DNA of 64,000 bases, taken from positions 9,486 through 73,485 of the forward strand of contig RXIG01000015.1 of NCBI GenBank assembly GCA_004212155.1, given 5' to 3'. Below are positions 1 to 9,337 of this stretch, piece after piece. Under the pieces are notes generated by a model. It was not told the origin of the DNA and made no database searches. It saw only the letters and a list, made by a program, of their open reading frames with translations. The position numbers and the translations under genes were made by a program. The first letter of the stretch is position 1. Each line of letters opens with the position of its first letter. Source of the DNA: an archaeon (GTDB lineage Archaea; Methanobacteriota_B; Thermococci; Methanofastidiosales; NM3).

Positions 1-1502
1 TGGATGAAGGTGCGCACTTCCTCTGGTATGGATACGTTGATATCGGAAAGACGCTTGACCATGCCAAGACGGAACTCCTTTTTACCCACGAACCCCTGCT
101 CGGCGAGCAGCTCAAGCTCGTATGACACATACGCCAGGAAAGCATCCATGTAGGTAAGCGACGTCCTCACGCCATCCGATACGACTGCCTCGTGCTTCTT
201 CGAGAGGCCCGTTGGGGGGATTCCGTAGATGTTTCCCTCATGCACATATAGCTCGTTGAATGCGGCAGGGCCAAGGAGTGACTTGTCCTCCTCGCGCTCG
301 TTGATCTGCGCCTTAATCCTTCTTCCAAGGAACTCACCCTCATAAGCGGTGAAGGCGCATGGGCTCCGTGCGTCCTTGTGTTCATGTGCAGCTGAACGCA
401 CCGAATCGATGAACTCGTTGCTGTCCGCGGTGTTCGGTCGATTGACGATCGTTAACATCGAAGCGATCTCCTGATCGGAAAACGAGTATGAGTAGAACTC
501 GGGATGGTGCAGCTCTCGGAGGTCGTCGACGTCCTCCATGAGCATGACGAGCCGTCCAAGCCCGGGGCCCGAGTTGAATACGGGATATGGTATGTTGTAT
601 TGCGCGAGCGCTATGGGTGAGTACATGCCAATCTCTGTCACCTCCACCCATCCGAATCGGTCGTCCTTCACGAATACCTCGTAATTGGTGCCGTATGCGT
701 AGTAGATCGCCTGATTCGGTTTCTTCTTGAACTTGAGCTTCTCAAACCCCATACGAGTGAAGAACTCCTTGGTGATATACATCCCGTCGGCGATGGTAAG
801 TCCCTCGCCCATGGCCACCATCGAGATGTTGTAATGGGCGCGCAGGTGCATGGGATCCTCGCGCTGCTCGCGCCGGTAGCGCCATCCGGATGTGAAGAGC
901 ATCACCGGCAACGGCGCCTTGTCAACGAGCTGCGCCAACGTCGGGAACCAAGCGGTGGTGAAGTGGGAGTTGAGCACCTGGTCGGATGAGACGGGCGAGA
1001 GGTCGAGCACTTCGGGGAACGCCTCCCTGAGCAGGAACATGGCGTCCTCGGGAGAGACCTTCAATCGTGTGGCTAGCTCCTCGCTCAGGTCTCCGGGGTC
1101 GATCTTGTCAAGCTTGTAGTCGCGAAAAACTTGCTTGAGCTTCTCGATATCGAGCTGGGGCACCTTCTCGAGGATGAATGCCTGCTTCTCCTCCGATATG
1201 CCGATGTCAGGTCTTGGGAGGGTAGCCAGGAAGTAGAGCCTGTCAAGGATCGCTGGCGCCTCGGGACCGTATTGCTTCATGACGTGATCCTTGGAAAAGA
1301 ACTGCTTGAGGTAGACCTCGTCGAATCCCATCTCTAAAAGGATGTCGCGTGACTTGAGCGCGTACTTGGAGAGAAGGTGTTCCTTCCCCCGCCGTTCGGG
1401 AAGGGTAAACGTCCGCTCGCCCTCGAAGTAGGAGCCTGTCTCCTTCCATACCTCAAAAAAATCCTTTTGCGCACGCTTTCGAATATCCTCAATGGGGAGC
1501 AT
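1..1502 (-). CDS. sepS: O-phosphoseryl-tRNA(Cys) synthetase (SepRS); C-terminus runs off the left window edge
   Basis: Absent from the ORF track because it is open to position 1. Hand translation from the ATG at 1502 gives about 500 uninterrupted codons (MLPIEDIRKRAQKDFFEVWKETGSYF..GPEAPAILDRLYFLATLPRPDIGIS..LNSHFTTAWF..GWRYRREQREDPMHL..SPCAFTAYEGEFLG..GPAAFNELYVHEGNIYGIP). These follow the SepRS pattern recalled from the M. jannaschii enzyme. Confidence 0.85.
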   Translation of the reverse strand, partial: MLPIEDIRKRAQKDFFEVWKETGSYFEGERTFTLPERRGKEHLLSKYALKSRDILLEMGFDEVYLKQFFSKDHVMKQYGPEAPAILDRLYFLATLPRPDIGISEEKQAFILEKVPQLDIEKLKQVFRDYKLDKIDPGDLSEELATRLKVSPEDAMFLLREAFPEVLDLSPVSSDQVLNSHFTTAWFPTLAQLVDKAPLPVMLFTSGWRYRREQREDPMHLRAHYNISMVAMGEGLTIADGMYITKEFFTRMGFEKLKFKKKPNQAIYYAYGTNYEVFVKDDRFGWVEVTEIGMYSPIALAQYNIPYPVFNSGPGLGRLVMLMEDVDDLRELHHPEFYSYSFSDQEIASMLTIVNRPNTADSNEFIDSVRSAAHEHKDARSPCAFTAYEGEFLGRRIKAQINEREEDKSLLGPAAFNELYVHEGNIYGIPPTGLSKKHEAVVSDGVRTSLTYMDAFLAYVSYELELLAEQGFVGKKEFRLGMVKRLSDINVSIPEEVRTFI

Positions 1503-1506
1503 GGGA

Positions 1507-1941
1507 TCACCTGTAATCGTACTTGTTGTCGTTCACCTTGGGGTAGCCTTCCTTTTTCGACTCCATGTTGGGCATTGGTATCGGCGGTATCAACTCAAGC
1601 TGCTTCGAAAGGAGGACTAGCTCGGGTATGCAAAACCGAAGGATGGCCGTATGAATCTCACGGGAAAGTGCCTGTGGCAGTTTCTTGTTCGTAACGTCGA
1701 TGCCCTCGAGCGGAGGGTCTGCGTAGCGAATCTCGCCTTCGATCTTGATGCTAGCAACGTTTGGATAGTAGTCGACTGAGTAGACGAATCCAACAAAGAG
1801 CATCGACGCATCGGTGTGCAACGACGTGATGCTCGAGCTCGTCGTGATCTTGGTATTGCGCATGGCCTCTGGGCCCATGACGAACCGTTTTGCATCGATT
1901 GATCGAATTGATATCTTTTGAATAATGGCACTCACCTGCAC
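1507..1941 (-). CDS. Hypothetical 144-aa protein, translationally coupled to sepS; sequence pattern loosely SecB-like
   Basis: ORF track entry. Its stop (TGA at 1507-1509) lies 4 nt before the sepS ATG. The periodicity (ISIRSIDAKRF..NTKITTSSSITS..LFVGFVYSVDYYPNVASIKIEGEIRY..helix) resembles the SecB fold layout, but this is by eye only. Confidence 0.5.
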   Translation of the reverse strand: MQVSAIIQKISIRSIDAKRFVMGPEAMRNTKITTSSSITSLHTDASMLFVGFVYSVDYYPNVASIKIEGEIRYADPPLEGIDVTNKKLPQALSREIHTAILRFCIPELVLLSKQLELIPPIPMPNMESKKEGYPKVNDNKYDYR

Positions 1942-2130
1942 GTACGTCTCGACCGTCCTTTAAATATGTTATTATGGTATTTTTCGCACGCTGTCCAGTG
2001 GGGCCGAGCGCGTATTCGAATCGTCGTACTGATCACATATCCCCTCCGTTTTCGGACCATCCGCCTTTGCATGAAACAATTGGGATATCACAAGAACTGC
2101 CAAAAGAGATGGATGGCCACGTGCGACCGG

Positions 2131-2325
2131 TTAAGAAAGGATCTCCTTGACGCGACCCACATTGCCATTCGTAAGCCGTACCTTGATACCGTGAGGATGG
2201 TATGCGCTTCGTGTAAGAAGGTCCTTGACATTCCCATCAATGAATCGAGATCTGTCCTCGTTGAGGCAGATGGTGACCTTGGTCCCGGGCCCAAGATTTT
2301 TTCTGTGTTTTGCTCGTTCGTCCAT
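2131..2325 (-). CDS. YwbE / DUF2196-family small protein
   Basis: 64 aa containing ..GNVKDLLTRSAYHPHGIKVRLTNGNVGRVKEI, the conserved core of the YwbE family as I recall it. Confidence 0.7.
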   Translation of the reverse strand: MDERAKHRKNLGPGTKVTICLNEDRSRFIDGNVKDLLTRSAYHPHGIKVRLTNGNVGRVKEILS

Positions 2326-2417
2326 GGAAAAGGAAAAGCGTGCCTCCTAATAAAGCCTTGCGCCAAAGGAAGCGATTCCCAGAACCATAGATCCCTGGTT
2401 TTGGGGAAGTCGCAAGC

Positions 2418-3197
2418 TCAAGGAGTCAAGCGGGCGCCAAGACGTACACCGCCCCTTGGAAATGCGACCGCAGGCATATACGGTCCCTCATACCCGATCT
2501 TCCATGATATCGCAGTGCAGACCGCGCGATGCGTGCGTATCTGTTCAACGACTGGTGTGCGCTCGTGCGTTTCCTCATATGTCTCTGGACCCATCATGTC
2601 AATGCCTTCCACGACCAGTATCTCACAGGCACCATCACCCGTGTCATGAACGGATGTGCTCGACGGCCCCCAGTGTGAATGGTAGATATGGGTGCCCTCG
2701 CGTTTCGTGCCGTCAACATCGACAAGGCGTCCCGAAAGGGAGACCTGGTCACCGACCTTGAGGCTCATGCATTCCTCGTAGATCCCGGGCGTTCGAGGGA
2801 TGACATGCGTATTGGAGATGTGGGAGGTAACATATTCCTGCGAGAACGTGTCGCCAACGGAGCGCCATTGATACGTCAGGCGACGGTCGCCCATCGTCAC
2901 GGTGAGTGAGTCGAGCGCCCTGGGGTCTTCCATGTCTCCCCATGCGATGGCAACGTCCATTGGAGAAAATACCGTCGTCTCCTCATCGTAGTAGGCGATG
3001 CCCACGACGGTGCCCGAGACAGTGTAGTCGGCCAGATACGTAAGTTCATGCGTCCAGCCGTTGGATGTCACAATCTCGGTGTCTGAGGTGAACTCGTAAT
3101 CGTTGGCATCCTGAGCAAATGTGGCACAGGGCGCGAGGAGAAGAAGCACCGCAATGCACAATCCCGCCACATGCGCACGTTCAGACAACCGTATCAC
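2418..3197 (-). CDS. Secreted hypothetical protein with an N-terminal signal peptide
   Basis: 259-aa ORF. The hydrophobic N-terminus HVAGLCIAVLLLLAPCATFAQD is followed by a non-repetitive soluble domain. I recognised no family. Confidence 0.55.
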   Translation of the reverse strand: MIRLSERAHVAGLCIAVLLLLAPCATFAQDANDYEFTSDTEIVTSNGWTHELTYLADYTVSGTVVGIAYYDEETTVFSPMDVAIAWGDMEDPRALDSLTVTMGDRRLTYQWRSVGDTFSQEYVTSHISNTHVIPRTPGIYEECMSLKVGDQVSLSGRLVDVDGTKREGTHIYHSHWGPSSTSVHDTGDGACEILVVEGIDMMGPETYEETHERTPVVEQIRTHRAVCTAISWKIGYEGPYMPAVAFPRGGVRLGARLTP

Positions 3198-4099
3198 CTG
3201 CTCATGAGCACGACCCTGCTCTCCGGAGACTCGTCGACGACCCGATACGAAGATTCGGAAGCGATCCTGTCGGCAAACTCGCGTATCTCCTCGTGGCGAG
3301 GCATGTGCTCGATGGTAAGCCGTGCACGCGAGAATCCCACGAACATATATGCCTTGACCTCGACGTATGTTGGGCTCGCCTTCTCGATGAGTTGTGCGTA
3401 GTTTGCGGGATCGACCATGTTAATGCCCTTGACCATGGTGAGGCGCATGACCTTCTTGGTATCAAGGGACTCGAAGAGCTCTAGGGTCTCATTGATGCGT
3501 TCCCACCCGTCAGGGATCGTCGGATTGCATAATCGTTGATAGATGTCCTTTGACGGAGCGGGAAGCGTCACGTAGAGGTTCCACGGAAGCGGGTCCATGT
3601 CGCGAAGCACGTCCGGATTGGTACCGTTGGTAACAAGGAACGTGGTGAATCCCTCCTTCGTGTACTCCTCTATCAGTTCGGGAAGAAGAGGATAACATGT
3701 GGGTTCGCCCGAAAGCGAAATCGCCACGTTGTTTGGGGTTTGCGCCTCCTCGAGCTTCTTCTTGTTGACGCGGTCGAGCACGCCCTGGTATCCAGACAGC
3801 AGCGTACGCTGTGCCTCGATCGACTCTTCGACGATGTACTTGGGTGCATCGACGTCCGGCGGTACGTCCTCGGTGAAACGTACCGGCCTCCAGCAAAAGA
3901 GGCATTTTTGCGTGCACCAGTTGACAGCAGGCGTCATCTGGAGGCAGCGATGCGACTTGATGCCATAAAACTTCTGCTTGTAACAGACTCGGTCGCGCAT
4001 CAGGCTCTCCTTCAGCCAATGGCACAGTTTCACGGCGGAATGGTCGCCCACCAGCTGATATCGCTGTTTCCTTAACAGCTCCCGGGTAGATTCCTTCAT
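3194..4099 (-). CDS. taw1: tRNA 4-demethylwyosine synthase Taw1/TYW1 (radical SAM)
   Basis: HSAVKLCHWLKESL..CYKQKFYGIKSHRCLQMTP..CTQKCLFCWRP carries the CxxxCxxC radical-SAM motif in the TYW1 context. Overlaps the next gene by ATGA. Confidence 0.85.
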   Translation of the reverse strand: MKESTRELLRKQRYQLVGDHSAVKLCHWLKESLMRDRVCYKQKFYGIKSHRCLQMTPAVNWCTQKCLFCWRPVRFTEDVPPDVDAPKYIVEESIEAQRTLLSGYQGVLDRVNKKKLEEAQTPNNVAISLSGEPTCYPLLPELIEEYTKEGFTTFLVTNGTNPDVLRDMDPLPWNLYVTLPAPSKDIYQRLCNPTIPDGWERINETLELFESLDTKKVMRLTMVKGINMVDPANYAQLIEKASPTYVEVKAYMFVGFSRARLTIEHMPRHEEIREFADRIASESSYRVVDESPESRVVLMSR

Positions 4100-5037
4100 T
4101 TCCGTTTTCCCCTTAGCGTTGTCACAACGGTGTCGAGCACGCGATCTGTGGCACTCTTGAAGTCTGAAACGTTCTTGGCGCCAGCCGCGGGCGGATGTCC
4201 ACCGCCGTCCCCGTCGAACTCAAGCCCAACCTCGTGCATGATGGCCGACAGATCGACCCCTTGTTCGATCGCCCTGGTCCCTGCGCGTCCAACGATGCGT
4301 TGGCCCTTCTTGTCATTAACGATGATGGCCACGTCGGCACCAAGATTCAGTATGTTGCGGGCGATAAACGACTCGAACGATCCTATCGATGTCTTTACCA
4401 CGATGTATGAACCAGCCCGAACGACGCGCATGCGCTGCAGTGCCTTGAACAGGGCGATCCTTTGCGAATACGACACCTCCTCCCGAAACATCGTGTAGAT
4501 GTCCTGGAAATTGATATCGTCGCCGACCATCTCTGATAGTGTGGCAAAGGTCTCACGCGTCGCATAGCGAAGGTGTCCCGTGTCGGTCACGATGCCGGCG
4601 ATAAGCGCCGTCCTGATGACGGTGTCGCGAGGCTTGCCAAGCACCTCCCATACCAGTTCGGCGTTCGATGTGGCACATCGGCGATACGCCACGCAAGCAT
4701 CGAAGGCGGTCGTCGCGTGATGGTCGATGATAGCGAGATTGTCCGTCCCGGCAAGGAGATCCCTGCATCCCTCGAGAAGGGCGGGGGACGACGTGTCGAG
4801 GACGAGAATCGCATCGGGTGCGACGGATAGAACACCAAGCGACTCGTCAAGCTCATGGAGCAAAAGCGATGCCGAACGGGAGATGCCGTCACAACGTATG
4901 GAGACATCCTTTTTTGAATAATACCGTTTGATCGATAGGGCGCAACCTAGGGCGTCCGGATCAGCGTTGCTATGACATAAAATCAAGAGGTGTCGGCTCT
5001 TTTCGAGAAAGAGCCGCACGGATTCACATGAGCTCAT
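4096..5037 (-). CDS. DHH-family phosphoesterase (NrnA-like)
   Basis: Motifs LILCHSNADPDALGCA, IIDHH and GGGHPPAAGA, consistent with DHH/DHHA1. Confidence 0.8.
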   Translation of the reverse strand: MSSCESVRLFLEKSRHLLILCHSNADPDALGCALSIKRYYSKKDVSIRCDGISRSASLLLHELDESLGVLSVAPDAILVLDTSSPALLEGCRDLLAGTDNLAIIDHHATTAFDACVAYRRCATSNAELVWEVLGKPRDTVIRTALIAGIVTDTGHLRYATRETFATLSEMVGDDINFQDIYTMFREEVSYSQRIALFKALQRMRVVRAGSYIVVKTSIGSFESFIARNILNLGADVAIIVNDKKGQRIVGRAGTRAIEQGVDLSAIMHEVGLEFDGDGGGHPPAAGAKNVSDFKSATDRVLDTVVTTLRGKRK

Positions 5038-5439
5038 TTAACTTCCTTGTGCGCCAGCCGATGAACCAGATGTTCCAAGCATCTCCTGTATCTTCTTCTG
5101 GGATTCCTGGAGCTTTGTCCTCAATCGGGTTTCCTGGCGCTCGAGCGTCGTCTTTCTCAACGAGAGGGTCTCCTTTCGCTCTGAGAGTTCTTTCTCCACT
5201 GTCTCTTTGTCGCTCTTGAAAAGCACGGAACCCGCACTCTTGTATACCTCCTCGTTCGTGAGCTTTCCAAGCTCTTCGAGGGTGGAGTCGATGTCCTTGA
5301 GCTCCGCGTCGACAGACTGTAACTGAGAAGCGATCATCTGATACTGCTGTTCCAGCTGTTGGAACTGCGTTATCTCTTGTTGTACGTTTTGGGGTAAATT
5401 CTGCACACAATCACCATCCGAATCTTTCCTTTCATCCAT
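5038..5439 (-). CDS. pfdB: Prefoldin beta subunit
   Basis: Coiled-coil - beta hairpin - coiled-coil layout, QQEITQFQQLEQQYQMIASQLQSVDAELKD..VYKSAGSVLFKSDKETV..RQETRLRTKLQE. The exact start is uncertain. Confidence 0.85.
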   Translation of the reverse strand: MDERKDSDGDCVQNLPQNVQQEITQFQQLEQQYQMIASQLQSVDAELKDIDSTLEELGKLTNEEVYKSAGSVLFKSDKETVEKELSERKETLSLRKTTLERQETRLRTKLQESQKKIQEMLGTSGSSAGAQGS

Positions 5440-5496
5440 TTATAAAGCTTAGCCTATGGGACCCCGGTATCCACGCGGTGGAGGCACACAGGGCCG

Positions 5497-6381
5497 CTAG
5501 GTATAGATCTCGGGCCCATCCTCGCGCACGATGAGCGAATGCTCTGCCTGGGTGACATTTCCGCCATCTGATTCCTTAAGCACGCTAAACGCATATACCG
5601 ATGAGGACCGTACGAGATACTTCAGCGCAAACTCCGCCTTGCGCTTGGAATATATCTTGGAAAGCCATCGCTGCGCAAAGGGCAGCGTATTGTAATTGTT
5701 CTTGATGGTGGCTAGCATCTTTCGTGCGAGTTGAAGTCGCACCGGCCTGTCCGAGATATACTTGAATATGAGGTACGTTTCGTCGTCCATGACGCTGCCT
5801 GCCCCGTCGGTGGCAAACGGTTCGATAGCGATCACATCACCCTCCTTGAGCTTGACCCCTGCGCCAACGTCGAGGTTCGGAATCGAGGGGGCGCTATGGG
5901 CCACATACTGCTCAAGCCCGTGGCCGGTGAGGTTCTCGATTGGAACAAGCCCATACGAGCGTATTGTCTCATCGATGACAGCACCGATCTCGTTGGTCTG
6001 GATGCCGGGTCGCACGACCTCGAGTGCCGCCTTAAGTGCATCCCTGCTCGCCTTGACGAGGTCGTCGTCAGGGCTATCGACACGGACCGTGTACGCTGTG
6101 TCCGCGATGTATCCCCCCACGTGCGCGCCCATATCGATTTTCACATAATCCCCCTTCGTGAAGGTACGCGGATCGTCGAGCGTGGGCGTATCGTGGGCAG
6201 AGATGTTGTTGACCGAGATGTTGACCGGGAAAGCGGGCGCCCCGCCGTACTCCCTCGTCTTGTCCTCTATGAAGTTGGCGACGTCCACGTAGCGTGCCCC
6301 CTCGACCACTAGCGGTCGGGATTCCTCCTTCAGACGCCGCACGATCTCTCCTGCCTTGATGTAACACTCATAAGAATCCAT
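5497..6381 (-). CDS. map: Methionine aminopeptidase, type II
   Basis: 294 aa with the archaeal MetAP2 pattern (AFPVNISVNNISAHDTP..DMGAHVGGYIADTA..LTGHGL..IAIEPF..AQAEHSLIV). Confidence 0.9.
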   Translation of the reverse strand: MDSYECYIKAGEIVRRLKEESRPLVVEGARYVDVANFIEDKTREYGGAPAFPVNISVNNISAHDTPTLDDPRTFTKGDYVKIDMGAHVGGYIADTAYTVRVDSPDDDLVKASRDALKAALEVVRPGIQTNEIGAVIDETIRSYGLVPIENLTGHGLEQYVAHSAPSIPNLDVGAGVKLKEGDVIAIEPFATDGAGSVMDDETYLIFKYISDRPVRLQLARKMLATIKNNYNTLPFAQRWLSKIYSKRKAEFALKYLVRSSSVYAFSVLKESDGGNVTQAEHSLIVREDGPEIYT

Positions 6382-6478
6382 TACTATCCCATTAGAGATG
6401 ACAAAGGGAGGATTATAAAGGTTGTCCTAGAAAAAGAGAAATAATTTAAACCCATTCACATATCTACTCTGTGATATC

Positions 6479-6991
6479 ATGGACGGAGATGAGAGATACG
6501 AACGCTACGAGGCGATGGCATATGAACAGGGTGCGCGACATGTTCGCTTCATCACGCCAGACGATATAAGGCTCGACCCCCGTTGCTATCTCAAGTGCAA
6601 GTACGGCTGCGAGGAATGGGGGAGGAAATGGACGTGCCCGTCGACACCTGGGAGGATCCCCCTGAACGAGTTCAAGAAGATGCTTGACAGGTACTCCACC
6701 GTAATGCTCATACATGCGCCAACGGAAAATAAGAATCAGGAGATCTCGTTTTCCATCGAACGCCAGGCGTATTACGACGGCCTTTACTTCGCATTCTCGA
6801 TTGCGGGATGTCACCTCTGCGAACCATGCATGTTCCCCGATCCATGCCCGTACCAGTACAAGGCGCGTCCATCTATGCAGGCAATGGGGATCGATGTGTT
6901 CGCCACGGTCCATGCACTGGGACTGCCCCTAAAGACTCTCGTATGTCCAGACGACGAGGAGAACTGGTATTCGCTTGTGTTGCTCGAGTGA
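6479..6991 (+). CDS. DUF2284-family predicted metal-binding protein
   Basis: Cys-rich signature CYLKCKYGCEEWGRKWTCPSTPG plus CHLCEPC, typical of that family as I recall it. Confidence 0.7.
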   Translation: MDGDERYERYEAMAYEQGARHVRFITPDDIRLDPRCYLKCKYGCEEWGRKWTCPSTPGRIPLNEFKKMLDRYSTVMLIHAPTENKNQEISFSIERQAYYDGLYFAFSIAGCHLCEPCMFPDPCPYQYKARPSMQAMGIDVFATVHALGLPLKTLVCPDDEENWYSLVLLE

Positions 6992-6995
6992 TCTG

Positions 6996-8180
6996 ATGAC
7001 AAACAAGCTCTATCTTGACGATGCATACATGCGCGGATGTGTGAGCACCGTCGTACGAAAGGAAACAGGAACGCACGGCGACATCCTCGTACTCGACACG
7101 ACCTGTTTTTATCCCGAAGGCGGCGGTCAGCCGTGCGACACAGGCACCATAGCGGGCCACAGGGTCACGCATGTGTGTGCAAACGACGGTGAAGTGCTCC
7201 ATCATATCGAAGGTCGGTGTACTGACAGGACGGTCGAATGCATGCTCGACTGGGACAGAAGGATCGACCACATGCAGCAGCATACCGGCCAGCACATCAT
7301 CTCCCACGTCATATTCAGACATTTCGGCGCCGAAACGGAGTCGCTCCACATAGGCGCGCGACATTCCACGATAGACATACCTATTACTGAGCTCACGGGA
7401 GACGATATTCGTACGATCGAGGATGAGGCAAATGCGATCATCAGAGAGGATCATCCCATCCATTGCTATGTCGTACGTACAGTCGATATCGGAAAGCTTC
7501 GAAAGGCTCCGACAGTGGGAAACGACGTACGCATCGTCGAGATCGAGGGCATCGAGAAGACACCATGCGGAGGAACGCACTGTTCCAGCAGCGCGGAGGT
7601 GGGACTCGTCCACATACCGCACTGGCACAAGAAGGGACACTGCTGGCGCATTGAGTTCGTTTGCGGCTTGCGGTGCCTTACATTGCTAAGGGAGCATGGG
7701 GCTGTCATCAATGCGATGTCAGCGCGTCTTGACGCCCCTCCTTCATCACTTGATGAGCGGCTCTGCGCGCTAAAAGAGGAAAAGGAGGCCCTCTATCGAC
7801 GCACGCAGGATCTCATGAGACAACGGGCGCGCCTGGACCTCGAGAAAGCGCTGCACGATGCATGGAACGTGGACGGCGTAAAGATCGTCAGCGCCAGTTA
7901 TGACGAGGTGGAACGCGCCAGGGAACTCGCACGCCTTGCTGTAACGACTAAACGGTGCGTTGCGCTGGCGGCGACATGCTCATCCCGGGGTGCTACCCTC
8001 TTTTTCGCCTCATCAAAGGACAGCGGCATCGATGTGCGTGATGCAATGAACGAAGCCCTCGCCCCCATTGAAGGGAGGGGTGGCGGCAGCATGCACTTCG
8101 CGACGGGGCACGGCCCGGCCGGTGGCGCCATGCCTGAGGCGCTCAGGCGGGCATGGAAGGTAGTTGCAGGTGAGCGGTGA
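6996..8180 (+). CDS. alaX: Alanyl-tRNA editing protein AlaX-L (AlaRS editing domain plus DHHA1)
   Basis: HTGQHIISH and PCGGTHC zinc motifs, with C-terminal GRGGGS..A.G. I take the ATG at 6996 (MTNKLYLDDAY) rather than the track start at 6975. Confidence 0.8.
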   Translation: MTNKLYLDDAYMRGCVSTVVRKETGTHGDILVLDTTCFYPEGGGQPCDTGTIAGHRVTHVCANDGEVLHHIEGRCTDRTVECMLDWDRRIDHMQQHTGQHIISHVIFRHFGAETESLHIGARHSTIDIPITELTGDDIRTIEDEANAIIREDHPIHCYVVRTVDIGKLRKAPTVGNDVRIVEIEGIEKTPCGGTHCSSSAEVGLVHIPHWHKKGHCWRIEFVCGLRCLTLLREHGAVINAMSARLDAPPSSLDERLCALKEEKEALYRRTQDLMRQRARLDLEKALHDAWNVDGVKIVSASYDEVERARELARLAVTTKRCVALAATCSSRGATLFFASSKDSGIDVRDAMNEALAPIEGRGGGSMHFATGHGPAGGAMPEALRRAWKVVAGER

Positions 8181-9337
8181 TGACCCACTCCCGACGCCGC
8201 GTGCTCCTCATCTCGTCGCTGGGGCATGCATACAGCCACGCATGCATGTTATCGATACCTCCATTGCTCCTCCTGCTCAGGGACGAGTTCAGCCTGAGCT
8301 TCACGCTCATATCGCTGGCAGTGACCGCGTCGGGCATCCTCTTTGGCCTCGGGGCGCTCCCCTTCGGGCCCCTCTCTGACCGCATAGGTGCGATACGTGT
8401 CAACATCATCGGCGTCGTCCTTGCCATCGTGGCAGGCCTGGGCCTCTACTTCGCTACATCGTCTTACGTGTTCGTATCATTCCTGCTCCTGCTCGGCATC
8501 GCATCGAGCACGTACCACCCCTCGGCGTTCAACATGATATCGTGCATGTACACATCCGAGATGGGGCGCGCCTTTGGCATCAACGGCATGATAGGAAACG
8601 TCGGACAGATAGGTGCGCCCATCACCGCGGGGTTTATCGCATACACGTGGGGATGGCGGCCTGTCTTTCTCCTGCTTGTCGCCATAGGGATCGTCGTGCT
8701 CGCACTCCTTGTCTCCGTGCGCACATTTTCTTTCGAAAGCCCACCATCTGAAGAGGGGGGGCGATCGTTCATGCTGGCCCGCCCCTTCCTTCTATTGCTC
8801 GTCATCACAATGCTTGGTGGCCTTGCCTACCGGGGCATCGTCACGATGCTGCCCTCATACACCTCAATAATATTCCAGCAAAACACGTTCGAGGGCGGAA
8901 CGCTCGTCACGCTCCTGCTCCTCATGGGCGGCGTCTCCCAGATCATCGCCGGAGAGCTGCGCGATAGGCTCGGCGCCTCCAGGCCATTTCTTGTCACCAC
9001 GCTGCTTGCGCTCGCAAGCGTCGCGATCATGATGACAGATACGTATTCAGCCCTGCTTGTCGGCCTTATACTCTTCGGATTCAGCTACTTTGCGATCAAC
9101 CTCTACACGAACACGATAATAGGGGAGGTGGCGCCCACGGGGCAGAAGGGCACGGTCTATGGCATCATGTTCTTTGCCCGGTTCGGGCTTGCATATGTTG
9201 CCCCTTTCATCGTCGGTGCCGTCACCGACCTCTACTCGATACGCTACCTCTTCCACATCGCTGCAGCGTTCCTCGTCGTGCTTGTCATTTTTACGGCATA
9301 CTTCTATGCCACGCGCTCACGTTCCGTGACGCCATGA
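8177..9337 (+). CDS. MFS transporter
   Basis: About 12 predicted hydrophobic segments and an MFS loop motif G.LSDRIGAIRV. Confidence 0.75.
   Translation: MMTHSRRRVLLISSLGHAYSHACMLSIPPLLLLLRDEFSLSFTLISLAVTASGILFGLGALPFGPLSDRIGAIRVNIIGVVLAIVAGLGLYFATSSYVFVSFLLLLGIASSTYHPSAFNMISCMYTSEMGRAFGINGMIGNVGQIGAPITAGFIAYTWGWRPVFLLLVAIGIVVLALLVSVRTFSFESPPSEEGGRSFMLARPFLLLLVITMLGGLAYRGIVTMLPSYTSIIFQQNTFEGGTLVTLLLLMGGVSQIIAGELRDRLGASRPFLVTTLLALASVAIMMTDTYSALLVGLILFGFSYFAINLYTNTIIGEVAPTGQKGTVYGIMFFARFGLAYVAPFIVGAVTDLYSIRYLFHIAAAFLVVLVIFTAYFYATRSRSVTP

Noticed and set aside
1918-2649. 243-aa plus-strand ORF spanning the YwbE gene and the 3' end of the secreted-protein gene
   Set aside because: It overlaps two better-supported minus-strand genes and an intergenic promoter region. 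It has no recognisable motifs and a Cys/Arg-rich composition.
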